Shown: piece after piece, positions 36,960 to 46,140 of the stretch
How positions within the stretch are numbered: the first letter of the stretch is position 1
Layout: each line of letters opens with the position of its first letter
IMG/VR virus record: IMGVR_UViG_3300027712_000017
Origin: a virus
Taxonomy: Duplodnaviria; Heunggongvirae; Uroviricota; Caudoviricetes
Direction: 5' to 3' (one strand)
DNA: 64,000 nt
The notes under the pieces: generated by a model
What the model was told of the DNA's origin: nothing
The model's database searches: none
The model's input: the letters and a program-made list of their open reading frames with translations, nothing else
Made by a program: the position numbers and the translations under genes

Positions 36960-37948
36960 TGCCAATTGCAATTGATAAATTTTCAGGATCTGCAAAGGGC
37001 GGAACTGAGTTGATGAAAGAGAAACTTGCAAAAGCAATTCCGACAGAGTTGTTAGACAAGTTTCAAATCTTTGTGTCAAGAGTGCATGAAGAACTCTCTG
37101 ACAAGCATGTGCGTGTTCTATGGTTGCATGATCTTCCGGGTGATCCTGAATCAGAACATCTTGCTAATAGCGGATGGTCACGTTTCCATAAACTTGTATT
37201 TACTTCTAATTGGCAGATGCGTGGATATATTGAACGTTATAACATTCCATGGTCAAAGTGTATTGTTGTTCGCAATGGAATTGAACCCATCGAATGGAAA
37301 GAGAAAGATCGTTCAAAGATCAAACTCGTATATACACCAACACCGCATCGTGGTTTGAATATTCTTTATCCTGTTTTTGCTAAACTAGCAGAAGAATATG
37401 ACAACATTGAACTTGACGTTTATTCGTCATTTAAATTATATGGATGGGATGATCGTGATAAACCATTCAAGGACTTGTTTAAAGCGTTAGAAGATCATCC
37501 TAAGATCAACTATCACGGAACAGTTTCTAATGATGAATTGCGTAGATCATTACAAGATTCGCATATTTTTGCATATCCGTCAACTTGGGCAGAAACTTCT
37601 TGTATATGCCTAATGGAAGCAATGAGTGCAGGACTTGTATGCGTTCATTCGAATTTTGGTGCATTGTCTGAAACTGCCGCCAATTGGACACATATGTATC
37701 AGTTTCAAGATACCCCGCAAGATCATGCAAATATTTTCTATACAGTCCTGAAAGCTACTATTGAAGAAGTTAAAGGAATGGACGAGAAAAGTTATAATAG
37801 CAAAATTTTAACCCAAAAAGCATACGCTGATGTATTCTACAATTGGGAAATGCTACAGCAACAATGGTTAGCATTGCTAAATTCGTTGCAGGATTACTCG
37901 ACAGAAATTGTAAAAACTTCAGGGCAGATGTTTGAATATAGAACATAA
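36959..37948 (+). CDS. glycosyltransferase family 1 (GT-B)
   Basis: C-terminal motif ICLMEAMSAGLVCVHSNFGALSE (E-x7-E GT1 signature). Confidence 0.65.
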   Translation: MPIAIDKFSGSAKGGTELMKEKLAKAIPTELLDKFQIFVSRVHEELSDKHVRVLWLHDLPGDPESEHLANSGWSRFHKLVFTSNWQMRGYIERYNIPWSKCIVVRNGIEPIEWKEKDRSKIKLVYTPTPHRGLNILYPVFAKLAEEYDNIELDVYSSFKLYGWDDRDKPFKDLFKALEDHPKINYHGTVSNDELRRSLQDSHIFAYPSTWAETSCICLMEAMSAGLVCVHSNFGALSETAANWTHMYQFQDTPQDHANIFYTVLKATIEEVKGMDEKSYNSKILTQKAYADVFYNWEMLQQQWLALLNSLQDYSTEIVKTSGQMFEYRT

Positions 37949-37980
37949 TGCAAAAGAATTTTTTTGATAAAATTTACATA

Positions 37981-38011
37981 GGACCGGAGAACACACACTC
38001 CGGTCCTTTTT
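37981..38011 (+). terminator. rho-independent terminator GGACCGGAG...CTCCGGTCC + T5
   Basis: 9-bp perfect stem followed by TTTTTACC. Confidence 0.8.
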
Positions 38012-38101
38012 ACCATAAGCAAAATTTGCCTGTTAATACATCAGTTTGGATATATAATGCAAAAGAATTAAAAGCTGTTTCTAACAGCGGAAAGGTTTCC
38101 T

Positions 38102-38470
38102 TTGAGTAACGTAGTTCAGTTCCCAAAAGAAAAAAGAGGCAGTCCTCCTCAATCATTGGATGAAGTGCATGACAATCTAGAAAATGTCAGACATGTCCAT
38201 GTTGATGAGACAATGGCTATTATTGCAGAAGTCATATTTGACAATTTAGCAATATCTGGATTTAACTTCACACCAGAAGATGGATCCTATGTCAAAGATG
38301 TTGCGCTAGCATTCGAGGCAATAGCATCCATGCTGTATAAATATCATTCGATGGATTATCCCTTACAGGTCGTGGCAGATCAATTATTTACTTTACAAGA
38401 CGATGGAACTGTGATATTTTCAGGTGTGGGCGACGAAAATGATGATGAAACAACAGAGGAACAGGTTTGA
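38102..38470 (+). CDS. hypothetical acidic protein (TTG start)
   Basis: SD GGAAAGG 6 nt before TTG; no in-frame early ATG. Confidence 0.4.
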   Translation: MSNVVQFPKEKRGSPPQSLDEVHDNLENVRHVHVDETMAIIAEVIFDNLAISGFNFTPEDGSYVKDVALAFEAIASMLYKYHSMDYPLQVVADQLFTLQDDGTVIFSGVGDENDDETTEEQV

Positions 38471-38485
38471 ATACCTGATTTTGAA

Positions 38486-39340
38486 ATGATTATTCTTGAC
38501 CTAAATCAAGTGATGCTGTCGAACCTTATGATGAGTCTAGGTTCACATACCAATACCAAAATTGAACCGGATTTGATTCGTCACATGGTATTGAATTCCA
38601 TTAGAATGTATATGACGAAGTTCAAAGAAGATTTCGGCGAACTCGTCATTGCTTGCGACAATAAACGCTATTGGCGCCGAGATATCTTCCCCTATTACAA
38701 AGCAAGTCGCAAAAAAGATCGTGAGAAATCAGATCTTGATTGGAAAGCTGTATTCGAATGTCTGCATATGATCCGTGCAGAATTGACTGAATACTTTCCC
38801 TATCGCATTATTGATGTTGATGGTGCAGAAGCGGATGATGTTATTGGTTCGCTTGTTCAACACTTCGGCAATAACATGATGGAGCCTATTCTGATTCTTT
38901 CAGCAGATAAGGACTTCATTCAACTACAGCAATTCCTAAATGTAAAACAATTCGATCCTATTCGGAAGAAATATGTTTCGCACAATAATCCAGCCCAATA
39001 TACTAAAGAGCATATCTTGCGTGGTGACGCAGGTGATGGTGTTCCTAATGTATTGTCACCCGATAATTGCTTTGTAATTGGGACTAGACAGAAACCTGTT
39101 ACCACAAAGAAACTTGAACAGTGGTTGCAGATGCTACCTGAAGCATTTGGTGATGATAACTTGTTGCGTAATTATAAGCGCAATCAGCAATTGATTGATC
39201 TCAACTTCATTCCAGAAGAGATCAAAAAGAATATCATAAATCAATATGAGACCCAATCAGGCAAGGGTCGCAGTAAACTGTTTAACTATTTTGTGCAATT
39301 CAAGTTGCGAAACTTAATGGAATCAATTGGAGAATTCTAA
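38486..39340 (+). CDS. rnh: RNase H / 5'-3' exonuclease (FEN family), T4 rnh type
   Basis: alignable to T4 RNase H: IACDNKRYWRRDIFPYYKASRK, EADDVIG, SADKDFIQL. Confidence 0.85.
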   Translation: MIILDLNQVMLSNLMMSLGSHTNTKIEPDLIRHMVLNSIRMYMTKFKEDFGELVIACDNKRYWRRDIFPYYKASRKKDREKSDLDWKAVFECLHMIRAELTEYFPYRIIDVDGAEADDVIGSLVQHFGNNMMEPILILSADKDFIQLQQFLNVKQFDPIRKKYVSHNNPAQYTKEHILRGDAGDGVPNVLSPDNCFVIGTRQKPVTTKKLEQWLQMLPEAFGDDNLLRNYKRNQQLIDLNFIPEEIKKNIINQYETQSGKGRSKLFNYFVQFKLRNLMESIGEF

Positions 39341-39750
39341 TGCGTTTAGGCATTGCAGAAGTTCTGAAAATGGTATCAGAACAAAAAACTAAAGAAGAAA
39401 AAATCAACGTCTTTCGTAAGAATGACTCGTCGGCATTGCGAACTGTTTTGAAATATGCGCTTGATCCCGCAGTCAAATGGGCATTGCCGCCAGGAGCACC
39501 CCCCTATAAACCAGCTCCATATCTAGATCAGCAGTCAATGTTGTATCATGAAGCTCGCCGTCTATATTTATTTATTGAAGGTGGCAATCCCGCTCTAACA
39601 CCACTAAAGCGAGAAACACTTTTCATCGGATTGCTAGAATCAATTGATCCTCATGATGCTAATTTACTAGTAACAATAAAAGACAAAAAGTTACCAGTCA
39701 AAGGTATTACTACTGCAATCGTTAATGAGGCATTTCCGGGTCTAATCTAA
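39340..39750 (+). CDS. hypothetical protein (136 aa)
   Basis: TAATG overlap with rnh. Confidence 0.5.
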   Translation: MRLGIAEVLKMVSEQKTKEEKINVFRKNDSSALRTVLKYALDPAVKWALPPGAPPYKPAPYLDQQSMLYHEARRLYLFIEGGNPALTPLKRETLFIGLLESIDPHDANLLVTIKDKKLPVKGITTAIVNEAFPGLI

Positions 39751-39926
39751 TGGGTAAATCTAAACAAAGCAAGTGGTTTGATGATAGTTATGAAGATGAG
39801 CGTAGCCGTCTTAATACATGGGAGCAGCGCCGTGCTGCTAAGCGCATTGCATGGGAACAAAAGAACGTCACAATAGACGAATCTGCTGAAACCGATACTA
39901 GAGCCTCGAGAAGGGATTATGACTAG
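39750..39926 (+). CDS. hypothetical small basic protein (58 aa)
   Basis: TAATG overlap. Confidence 0.35.
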   Translation: MGKSKQSKWFDDSYEDERSRLNTWEQRRAAKRIAWEQKNVTIDESAETDTRASRRDYD

Positions 39927-40177
39927 TGCCAACTTATCTTTTTAAGAATAAAGACACGGGCGAGCAATGGGAAGAATTCATGGGTATTTCCGCAGCGGAT
40001 AAATATCTCGTGGAAAACCCGCATATAGAAAGAATGGTGAATGGGTTTCCTGGAATGGCTAGTTCAGCAATGGGTGCGTCAAAAACAAAACCTGATGATG
40101 GATTTAGAGACGTTCTTCGAGAAATTAAAAAGAAATCACAACGGGGGATCTCACGTAGTACTATCAATACTTTCTAA
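39926..40177 (+). CDS. hypothetical protein (GTG start)
   Basis: SD AAGGGA upstream; GTG overlapping TAG. Confidence 0.4.
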   Translation: MPTYLFKNKDTGEQWEEFMGISAADKYLVENPHIERMVNGFPGMASSAMGASKTKPDDGFRDVLREIKKKSQRGISRSTINTF

Positions 40178-40205
40178 ATGCAATAACAATAAAAAAGAAG
40201 AAAGA

Positions 40206-40964
40206 ATGGATCAACAAACATTACAGCAGAAACGCTTGACCCGCAAACAAAAAAGAATGATGCAACAGATGGGTGTAGAAATACCCGAAACTGAAGTAAG
40301 ATATTCTTTAACACTAGATGACTTTAGACCTTTGACTGAAAATCAAAAGAATGCCTATCGTTCATATAAAGCAGGTAATAACCTACTTCTACATGGATTG
40401 CCAGGAACAGGTAAAACTTATCTAGGAATGCACTTTGCGATTAAGGATGTGCTATCGTCTGAAACACCTTATGAGAAGGTTTATATCATACGATCAACAG
40501 TGCCAACAAGAAATCAAGGTTTCTTGCCTGGTAAAAAGCAAGATAAAGAAGCAGTTTATGAAGCACCCTATATTAGAAACGCTTCGAAGATGTTTAGAAC
40601 TGCAAATGCTTATGCACAATTAAAGCAAAAGGGAGTTGTTGAATTTCTATCTACTTCTTATTTGCGTGGCGAGACATTTGAAAATTGCATTATGGTTGTT
40701 GATGAAATTAATAACATGACTGGTCACGAACTAGATTCAGTTATTACTAGAGCAGGTGAGAATTGTCGTGTAATCTTCTGTGGTGACGGACGTCAAACAG
40801 ATTTTACTCGTGGTGAAGATAAAGAAGGTTTGAGAAATTTCATGAGAATACTTGACAATATGGATTCTTTCGATTATGTTGAATTTGAAGTAGAGGATAT
40901 TGTCCGTTCAGGACTGGTGAAGGAATACATTATTGCTAAGCACAAACTTGGAATCACGACATAA
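40206..40964 (+). CDS. phoH: PhoH-like ATPase
   Basis: Walker A GLPGTGKT, Walker B IMVVDEINN; start at first Met after upstream gene. Confidence 0.8.
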   Translation: MDQQTLQQKRLTRKQKRMMQQMGVEIPETEVRYSLTLDDFRPLTENQKNAYRSYKAGNNLLLHGLPGTGKTYLGMHFAIKDVLSSETPYEKVYIIRSTVPTRNQGFLPGKKQDKEAVYEAPYIRNASKMFRTANAYAQLKQKGVVEFLSTSYLRGETFENCIMVVDEINNMTGHELDSVITRAGENCRVIFCGDGRQTDFTRGEDKEGLRNFMRILDNMDSFDYVEFEVEDIVRSGLVKEYIIAKHKLGITT

Positions 40965-41619
40965 ACTTTTTAATCATAAGTTTATTGATAAAATAGAACT
41001 AGAAGCTAACTATGAGACGGGACAAAGGCGCTATCTATTACCAGATGGTTCTCTTGTTCCGTCTGTCACTACAGTGCTTTCATCACTCGACAAAGGTCAT
41101 CTAGACGAATGGCGTAAAAGAATTGGTGAAGCAGAAGCAAATAAAATCACAACTCAAGCAAGTAATCGCGGAACAGCGATCCATCAACTTGCCGAAGATT
41201 ATTTAATGAATAAGGAGGACTATCATGTTGGAGCGATGCCAATCAATCTTTATGACTTCCGGAATAACATCAAACCATATCTTGATAGCCGAGTTGATAA
41301 CATACTTGGCATTGAATACCCTCTATTTTCAAAGCGTCTAAAGACAGCAGGTCGCACCGATCTTATTGCAGATTGGGATGGCAGCCCTGCTATCATTGAC
41401 TTTAAGACATCACGAAAACCAAAGAAGCAAGAATGGATCAAGAATTATTTTTTGCAAGCGACTTGTTATTCTCTTATGTTACAAGAGCGAACTGGTATTG
41501 TGTGTCCGGATATTGTCATTCTAATCTCAGTAGATGACCACGAACCGCAAGTGTTTCATAAGAAGCGCAAGGACTACCTCGAGGAGGTTGTTCGCATCTT
41601 CACGAATTATTCTGCTTGA
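40933..41619 (+). CDS. PD-(D/E)xK-family nuclease (phage exonuclease-like)
   Basis: motif D...AIIDFKTS (D-x-K) and N-terminal LPDGSLVPSVTTVL. Confidence 0.5.
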   Translation: MLSTNLESRHKLFNHKFIDKIELEANYETGQRRYLLPDGSLVPSVTTVLSSLDKGHLDEWRKRIGEAEANKITTQASNRGTAIHQLAEDYLMNKEDYHVGAMPINLYDFRNNIKPYLDSRVDNILGIEYPLFSKRLKTAGRTDLIADWDGSPAIIDFKTSRKPKKQEWIKNYFLQATCYSLMLQERTGIVCPDIVILISVDDHEPQVFHKKRKDYLEEVVRIFTNYSA

Positions 41620-41644
41620 CATATTTTTCAATATGCTGTATAAT
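41616..41644 (+). promoter_or_regulatory. sigma70 consensus promoter TTGACA-17-TATAAT
   Basis: TTGACATATTTTTCAATATGCTGTATAAT. Confidence 0.65.
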
Positions 41645-41664
41645 AAATTGTGATCAAGGAGAAC

Positions 41665-41814
41665 ATGATGAAACAGTATGTTATCGCTATCTACGAAGGG
41701 CTATTGAAGATTGGTCAGAAAATCGAGTATGACGCAAAGATCGCTGGATATATTGCTGATTGGTATCAAAGTCAAGGATATGAGACACAGGTGTTTGAAT
41801 ATGAGGTGAACTAA
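41665..41814 (+). CDS. hypothetical small protein (49 aa)
   Basis: SD AAGGAGAAC-ATG downstream of promoter. Confidence 0.4.
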   Translation: MMKQYVIAIYEGLLKIGQKIEYDAKIAGYIADWYQSQGYETQVFEYEVN

Positions 41815-42254
41815 TGGAACCAGAAACTAAATGGTATTTAACTGACCCGCCAAAACAAATCAACATTACTTGGAAATATGCACAAAAGGAAGATGACATG
41901 AACGAATTGTATGAAATTAAACTCGGCTCTGAAACCGCTTATGGTTATAAGTTGGCAATGAACTCTGAAAACAAACTTGTTATGGAGATCAAAGGCACTG
42001 GCAATATTGTCGTTGTCTCTCCTGATGATGTAAAAGAGATTATGCCTTATACCATCAGTGTGACTTCTTTCAGTGGTGATGCTCAACGCAGCTATACTAT
42101 TGAAAATGGCAAAGTTGCAGTCAATGATATTGTGTTGCATATGCCTAAAGGTTCAAAGACAGTGGGTCTCGGTGTTGTAACTGCACTTGATACCAAAGTC
42201 AAGGGTGCTGCTCAATTCACCGGTTCTAAACTAGTTGCAGAACACATTGTGTAA
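41814..42254 (+). CDS. hypothetical protein (146 aa)
   Basis: TAATG overlap. Confidence 0.5.
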   Translation: MEPETKWYLTDPPKQINITWKYAQKEDDMNELYEIKLGSETAYGYKLAMNSENKLVMEIKGTGNIVVVSPDDVKEIMPYTISVTSFSGDAQRSYTIENGKVAVNDIVLHMPKGSKTVGLGVVTALDTKVKGAAQFTGSKLVAEHIV

Positions 42255-42262
42255 TAATTGAC

Positions 42263-42284
42263 GAGGGGGAGTTGCATCCCCCTC
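42263..42284 (+). terminator. GC-rich hairpin GAGGGGGA-gttgca-TCCCCCTC (terminator-like, no clean U-tract)
   Basis: 8-bp perfect stem. Confidence 0.45.
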
Positions 42285-42306
42285 TAACCTCAATAGGAGA
42301 TATAAG

Positions 42307-42882
42307 ATGGATCAATACAATAAGATGCCGCCTGCCGTTCAAGAAGTATTCGATTCTCTTGTCGGCGATAAAATGCTGTTCGGATCTCGCTCAATGGCGG
42401 CACGCTGGGCATCTGAAACTTTTAATCCTGCAGTTAAAATCGGTTGTAAGATTGCCGCTGACACCGATTGGGATATTGCAGCAGAATTTAACGCAGAAAA
42501 CATTGTAGCATTACGGAATGCTGGTTTTACTTCTAGAGAAGGCGATGAGTTGTATGCAAAAGATGATCTAACCCAAATCATCTTTTCGAAAAATATTGTT
42601 GATGATCCTGGCGATATTTTTGCTCAAATTGTGCCTATTCATGTTATTTTGCGTAAAAGAAACTCTTTCTTCATGACTGTATGGGATAACATTGACGCAG
42701 AATATTACTACAATCACTTGTGGAAGCGTGGTCCTAAATTTACAAACACTCGATATAAAGGTCACAGAGACTTAGTTAAAAAGGAAATTCGTGACGCAAT
42801 GAACCAGTTGTATGCGTCTGCCGAGTTTAATGAATTTAGTGGTAACCCAGTCAAGGCTCATATTTATGCTTTACACTCCTAA
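42307..42882 (+). CDS. hypothetical protein (191 aa)
   Basis: SD AGGAGATATAAG-ATG. Confidence 0.5.
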   Translation: MDQYNKMPPAVQEVFDSLVGDKMLFGSRSMAARWASETFNPAVKIGCKIAADTDWDIAAEFNAENIVALRNAGFTSREGDELYAKDDLTQIIFSKNIVDDPGDIFAQIVPIHVILRKRNSFFMTVWDNIDAEYYYNHLWKRGPKFTNTRYKGHRDLVKKEIRDAMNQLYASAEFNEFSGNPVKAHIYALHS

Positions 42883-43093
42883 AGAATATAATCCGTTCTT
42901 AGATTGCACAGTTGAAAAGAATGAAGATACGGGTCGATTCCGTATTTCATCTAAATATTGGACAGTTGATGTTCCGAGTAAACCTGCTGGGATGCGAATT
43001 GTAGAAATCATTCAAGCAGCTTACAGGAATGGTGTCGCTGATAATCAAAAAGCAATCAAAGAAGTATTAGGAATAAAAGATGTCGTTGATTGA
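42866..43093 (+). CDS. hypothetical protein (75 aa; internal Met of track ORF)
   Basis: overlaps upstream by 17 nt. Confidence 0.35.
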   Translation: MLYTPKEYNPFLDCTVEKNEDTGRFRISSKYWTVDVPSKPAGMRIVEIIQAAYRNGVADNQKAIKEVLGIKDVVD

Positions 43094-43361
43094 CGCAGAA
43101 ACTAATAAAAAATACGCTAAGTTTGTACTCAATGAGATTAAACCTAGAGCCGACAAATTGAATAAATCTATGGCGGATTATATTCCAGCAACAGCAGCGT
43201 ATTATATCTTCATGCTAGAAAAAATGGGTAAAACGTTTCGAAAACAAACTAGAGAAGCATTGGATTTTCTTATGGACCCATCTGATAAGAGTCCTGATAA
43301 AACAACTATGATGATTATTGATTCTATCTTTCTAATGGGTAAAGCAGAGGAGTTGCAATAA
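43080..43361 (+). CDS. hypothetical protein (93 aa)
   Basis: ORF. Confidence 0.45.
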   Translation: MSLIDAETNKKYAKFVLNEIKPRADKLNKSMADYIPATAAYYIFMLEKMGKTFRKQTREALDFLMDPSDKSPDKTTMMIIDSIFLMGKAEELQ

Positions 43362-43772
43362 ATGGCACTGACTAAAAATGATCTAGTAATCGGTAATATC
43401 GTCTATCGTATGGTTGTAAATAATAATGCGTATAGCCGTAAGAAAATTAAGATGGTAGATGATGCAGGATTAGAATGGTTTCGCTACGATATATCTCAAT
43501 GGACTTTTCGTGTAACTCCATTGAAAATTTGTGGAACAATTAAACAAGTAGTTCTTGGAATTATTAATGATGATTGTATAGAAGAAGATCAATATCATAT
43601 GCAATATCTCGCAGATGAAGATGGAAAAGCGGAAGGTAAAATGAACTATTGGGAAGAAACTGTATTGCTAGAAACATTTCGAGAATCAACTTATAATTGT
43701 GAGTTTTTTAGCAATGAAGATAATGCAATTGCTCTTGGTGAAAGCATTTGCGCTAATAATAACCAAGTCTAA
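43362..43772 (+). CDS. hypothetical protein (136 aa)
   Basis: ATG 1 nt after upstream stop. Confidence 0.5.
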   Translation: MALTKNDLVIGNIVYRMVVNNNAYSRKKIKMVDDAGLEWFRYDISQWTFRVTPLKICGTIKQVVLGIINDDCIEEDQYHMQYLADEDGKAEGKMNYWEETVLLETFRESTYNCEFFSNEDNAIALGESICANNNQV

Positions 43773-43802
43773 TTGCTTAAAATATCGCTTAAAATATGTC
43801 AA

Positions 43803-43831
43803 CCCTGCATCTTGTGGTGCAGGGTTTTTTC
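43803..43831 (+). terminator. rho-independent terminator CCCTGCA...TGCAGGG + T6; boundary between AT-rich core and GC-rich cassette array
   Basis: 7-bp stem, TTTTTT. Confidence 0.75.
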
Positions 43832-43846
43832 ATACAAGATCTCGTC

Positions 43847-43869
43847 TTGACATTTCTTAGGTCGATAAC
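43847..43869 (+). repeat. degenerate (6-nt deleted) copy of promoter cassette TTGACATTTCTTAGGTCGATAAC
   Basis: TTGACA and GATAAC present but spacer only 11 nt. Confidence 0.4.
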
Positions 43870-43898
43870 CCATTGAGAACCCACCAAAATTTTCGTGG

Positions 43899-43927
43899 TT
43901 GACATCTTTTTTGGAATATTCGATAAA
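43899..43927 (+). promoter_or_regulatory. cassette promoter copy 1 (TTGACATCTTTTTTGGAATATTC-GATAAA)
   Basis: member of repeated promoter-leader family. Confidence 0.55.
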
Positions 43928-43957
43928 CAAAGCATGGAAACGAAGGGAACGAAGAAA

Positions 43958-44206
43958 ATGGCAAAGTTTGATACCGCGACCGTGACCCGCTGGGCGAAAA
44001 TGGCAGAAATGTTTTTGCTGCGACTGGAGGGCGTCACCGGCACCACGAAGGACATCCATCTCGGTGTCGAGGCATGGACCATTGCTCACTTGTCGGGCAT
44101 CACCAGTGAGGCCTATGACGACCGGTCGGTCACGGACGCGCATATTAAAACCGCCCTCGAGAAAATCTTCCCCAATGCGAATTTCAAGGATCGCTACTCC
44201 TACTAG
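43958..44206 (+). CDS. hypothetical protein (82 aa), cassette gene
   Basis: GC-rich ORF; ATG after leader AACGAAGAAA. Confidence 0.5.
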   Translation: MAKFDTATVTRWAKMAEMFLLRLEGVTGTTKDIHLGVEAWTIAHLSGITSEAYDDRSVTDAHIKTALEKIFPNANFKDRYSY

Positions 44207-44210
44207 GGGT

Positions 44211-44239
44211 TGACATCTTTTCTATTTAATTCGATAACA
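44211..44239 (+). promoter_or_regulatory. cassette promoter copy 2
   Basis: TTGACATCTTTTCTATTTAATTCGATAAC. Confidence 0.55.
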
Positions 44240-44264
44240 CAATAGAAGAAACAGGGAGAACGCC

Positions 44265-44438
44265 ATGGATTACCAATCTGCTGAAGCAATTGCTATTCGT
44301 CTCGAAGGCATCCGCCGCCGTGCTGATCTGTTCGGTCAGGACCGTGACAGCGTGCTGAGCGAGATCGAGTTCCTCGCTCAGGACTTCCGCAAGTGGGCTG
44401 CGAAGATCGAGGAAGAGATGGTCGCACAAACCGCTTGA
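44265..44438 (+). CDS. hypothetical protein (57 aa), cassette gene; stop TGA inside next -35
   Basis: not in ORF track (<60 aa); SD GGGAGAACGCC-ATG. Confidence 0.45.
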   Translation: MDYQSAEAIAIRLEGIRRRADLFGQDRDSVLSEIEFLAQDFRKWAAKIEEEMVAQTA

Positions 44439-44463
44439 CATCTTTTCTGGAATATTCGATAAC
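44435..44463 (+). promoter_or_regulatory. cassette promoter copy 3
   Basis: TTGACATCTTTTCTGGAATATTCGATAAC. Confidence 0.55.
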
Positions 44464-44491
44464 ACAATAGTAGAAACGAAAAGGACACAAG

Positions 44492-44740
44492 ATGAACGGC
44501 TGGAAGAATCACGCGACCTGGAACATGAACCTGTGGTATGGCGATGTCTTCGCCGATCTCGCCGAGAATGGCATGGAGATCACCGGCGACTCGCTGCTTG
44601 AGTATGTCTATGACACCGAAGGGCTAAACGCTATGCCTGTGGGGTTCACCCGCGACGCCGCCATGCTGACCTTCAACTCGGTCGACTGGGACGAGATCGC
44701 ATCTCACTATGTCTTGCCCGAAGACGAAGAAGACGCTTGA
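44492..44740 (+). CDS. hypothetical acidic protein (82 aa), cassette gene
   Basis: SD AAAAGGACACAAG-ATG. Confidence 0.5.
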   Translation: MNGWKNHATWNMNLWYGDVFADLAENGMEITGDSLLEYVYDTEGLNAMPVGFTRDAAMLTFNSVDWDEIASHYVLPEDEEDA

Positions 44741-44746
44741 CATCTT

Positions 44747-44775
44747 TTCTCGAATATTCGATAACACAATAGAAA
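44747..44775 (+). promoter_or_regulatory. cassette promoter copy 4
   Basis: TTGACATCTTTTCTCGAATATTCGATAAC. Confidence 0.55.
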
Positions 44776-44795
44776 AAACGCGAAGGAGAAACGCG

Positions 44796-45125
44796 ATGGG
44801 TTTTGAAGATCTGATGTGGAAAGTGAGCGAAGCGGTCGAGGCCTTCTTGAGTGAAGCACGGGAGGTGTCCGCCTCGGAGCTTGGCCTCGACCAGCGTGCT
44901 GCATGGGGTAAAGTTTGCGTCACTCCCGAGTGCCTGGCAGTGCTTGCTGATAGCGAAGGCAGTCTCCGCTACTATGGCGGTTTCGAGTATGTTAGCAAGG
45001 AATACCGGGTTGGCATGGGCGAGTGGGTTTTCTACCTCGCCGAGGACGACCGTGTCCGCGAGCATCTTGCCCATGTCTTCCCTGAACTGCGCGATGGCGA
45101 GTGGGACGAAGAAGATGCCGCTTGA
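44796..45125 (+). CDS. hypothetical protein (109 aa), cassette gene
   Basis: SD GAAGGAGAAACGCG-ATG. Confidence 0.5.
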   Translation: MGFEDLMWKVSEAVEAFLSEAREVSASELGLDQRAAWGKVCVTPECLAVLADSEGSLRYYGGFEYVSKEYRVGMGEWVFYLAEDDRVREHLAHVFPELRDGEWDEEDAA

Positions 45126-45150
45126 CATCTTTTCTAGAATATTCGATAAC
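45122..45150 (+). promoter_or_regulatory. cassette promoter copy 5
   Basis: TTGACATCTTTTCTAGAATATTCGATAAC. Confidence 0.55.
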
Positions 45151-45180
45151 ACAATAGAAGAAACAAAAAGGAAGACACAG

Positions 45181-45375
45181 ATGTCCATGACTAAGCAAGA
45201 GCTGGTGACCGCCATCAGCAGCAACTTCTTCGGCGAGCGTGACACCCTGCAGGAGGCCTTCGACTATGCCTTCGCTGTCGCAAAAGCGACTGGGGATAAT
45301 GCCGCAGTGATCACCGCACTGATGGTCGTTGCCAACACCATCGCCAAGGAGATCAAAACCCTCGCCGATGCGTGA
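45181..45375 (+). CDS. hypothetical protein (64 aa), cassette gene
   Basis: SD AAAGGAAGACACAG-ATG. Confidence 0.5.
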   Translation: MSMTKQELVTAISSNFFGERDTLQEAFDYAFAVAKATGDNAAVITALMVVANTIAKEIKTLADA

Positions 45376-45379
45376 GGGG

Positions 45380-45408
45380 TTGACATCTTTTCGCTTTAAT
45401 TCGATAAC
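45380..45408 (+). promoter_or_regulatory. cassette promoter copy 6
   Basis: TTGACATCTTTTCGCTTTAATTCGATAAC. Confidence 0.55.
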
Positions 45409-45434
45409 ACAATAGAAGAAGAGGGAGATCGAAG

Positions 45435-45647
45435 ATAGCAGTCAAGTTTGTCGAAGGGTATAAAGACCCAGCATGGCCCGAAGTCAAAGAGGCGTTCTAT
45501 CGCAATTTCAACCCCGACGACTGGGATAGCATCACCATCGCCAAGACCCGTGCGACCGTGAAGCGTCACGCTGAGCAGCGTCTGGTGTGCGACTACGCTA
45601 TAAAGAAAGTAGGCGACGACTGGTGGGCTGTCAATTATCACTCTTGA
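45435..45647 (+). pseudogene. cassette ORF without an ATG start (ATA at the position where paralogous leader at 49148 has ATG); possible pseudogene or non-canonical start
   Basis: 70-codon open frame from TAA in -10 box to TGA in next -35; contains no Met codon. Confidence 0.35.
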
Positions 45648-45672
45648 CATCTTTTCTGGAATATTCGATAAC
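45644..45672 (+). promoter_or_regulatory. cassette promoter copy 7
   Basis: TTGACATCTTTTCTGGAATATTCGATAAC. Confidence 0.55.
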
Positions 45673-45701
45673 ACAATAGAAGAAACGGGAAGGAACCCAA
45701 C

Positions 45702-45914
45702 ATGACTGATCTGCACGCTAAAACCGCCGAATCTGTGACCGATGCCTTCTGCCAACTGCTGATCGCCAAGCACGGGCACGCCTATGCTGCGGGCTATATC
45801 TCCTCGCTGCTGCTGTCGCTTGTGTCATATACTTTGACCGGCGAACAGCAAGCAGAATTCGCCGCTGACATCTCGAAGCGCCTGTCCGATGAAGTTCGCA
45901 AGATGTCCGCCTAG
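45702..45914 (+). CDS. hypothetical protein (70 aa), cassette gene
   Basis: SD GGGAAGGAACCCAAC-ATG. Confidence 0.5.
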   Translation: MTDLHAKTAESVTDAFCQLLIAKHGHAYAAGYISSLLLSLVSYTLTGEQQAEFAADISKRLSDEVRKMSA

Positions 45915-45919
45915 GGTGG

Positions 45920-45948
45920 TTGACATCTTTTCTAGAATATTCGATAAC
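45920..45948 (+). promoter_or_regulatory. cassette promoter copy 8
   Basis: TTGACATCTTTTCTAGAATATTCGATAAC. Confidence 0.55.
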
Positions 45949-45969
45949 ACAAGAATGGAAACAAAGGAA

Positions 45970-46140
45970 ATGACCATGACACTCCACAAGATGCTTGCTA
46001 ACCTGATCGCTAATGCTGAAGCCGCTGCTGTCGCGGATGACCACGCTCGCCGTGAGGCCTGCGTTGCTGTTGCAGGCAAAGTGATGGATATGATCCACGC
46101 TGGCAATGGCAACCTGAAACTGGAGGTTGCCCATGTCTAA
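45970..46140 (+). CDS. hypothetical protein (56 aa), cassette gene
   Basis: SD AAAGGAA-ATGACC-ATG; stop overlaps next start (ATGTCTAA). Confidence 0.45.
   Translation: MTMTLHKMLANLIANAEAAAVADDHARREACVAVAGKVMDMIHAGNGNLKLEVAHV

Noticed and set aside
37948-38070. Duplicate 13-mer ATGCAAAAGAATT flanking the terminator at 37981
   Set aside because: It is too short and AT-rich to distinguish from chance. No further structure was seen.
39340-39750. gp59 helicase-loader assignment for the ORF following rnh
   Set aside because: No sequence similarity to T4 gp59 is detectable by eye. Left as hypothetical.
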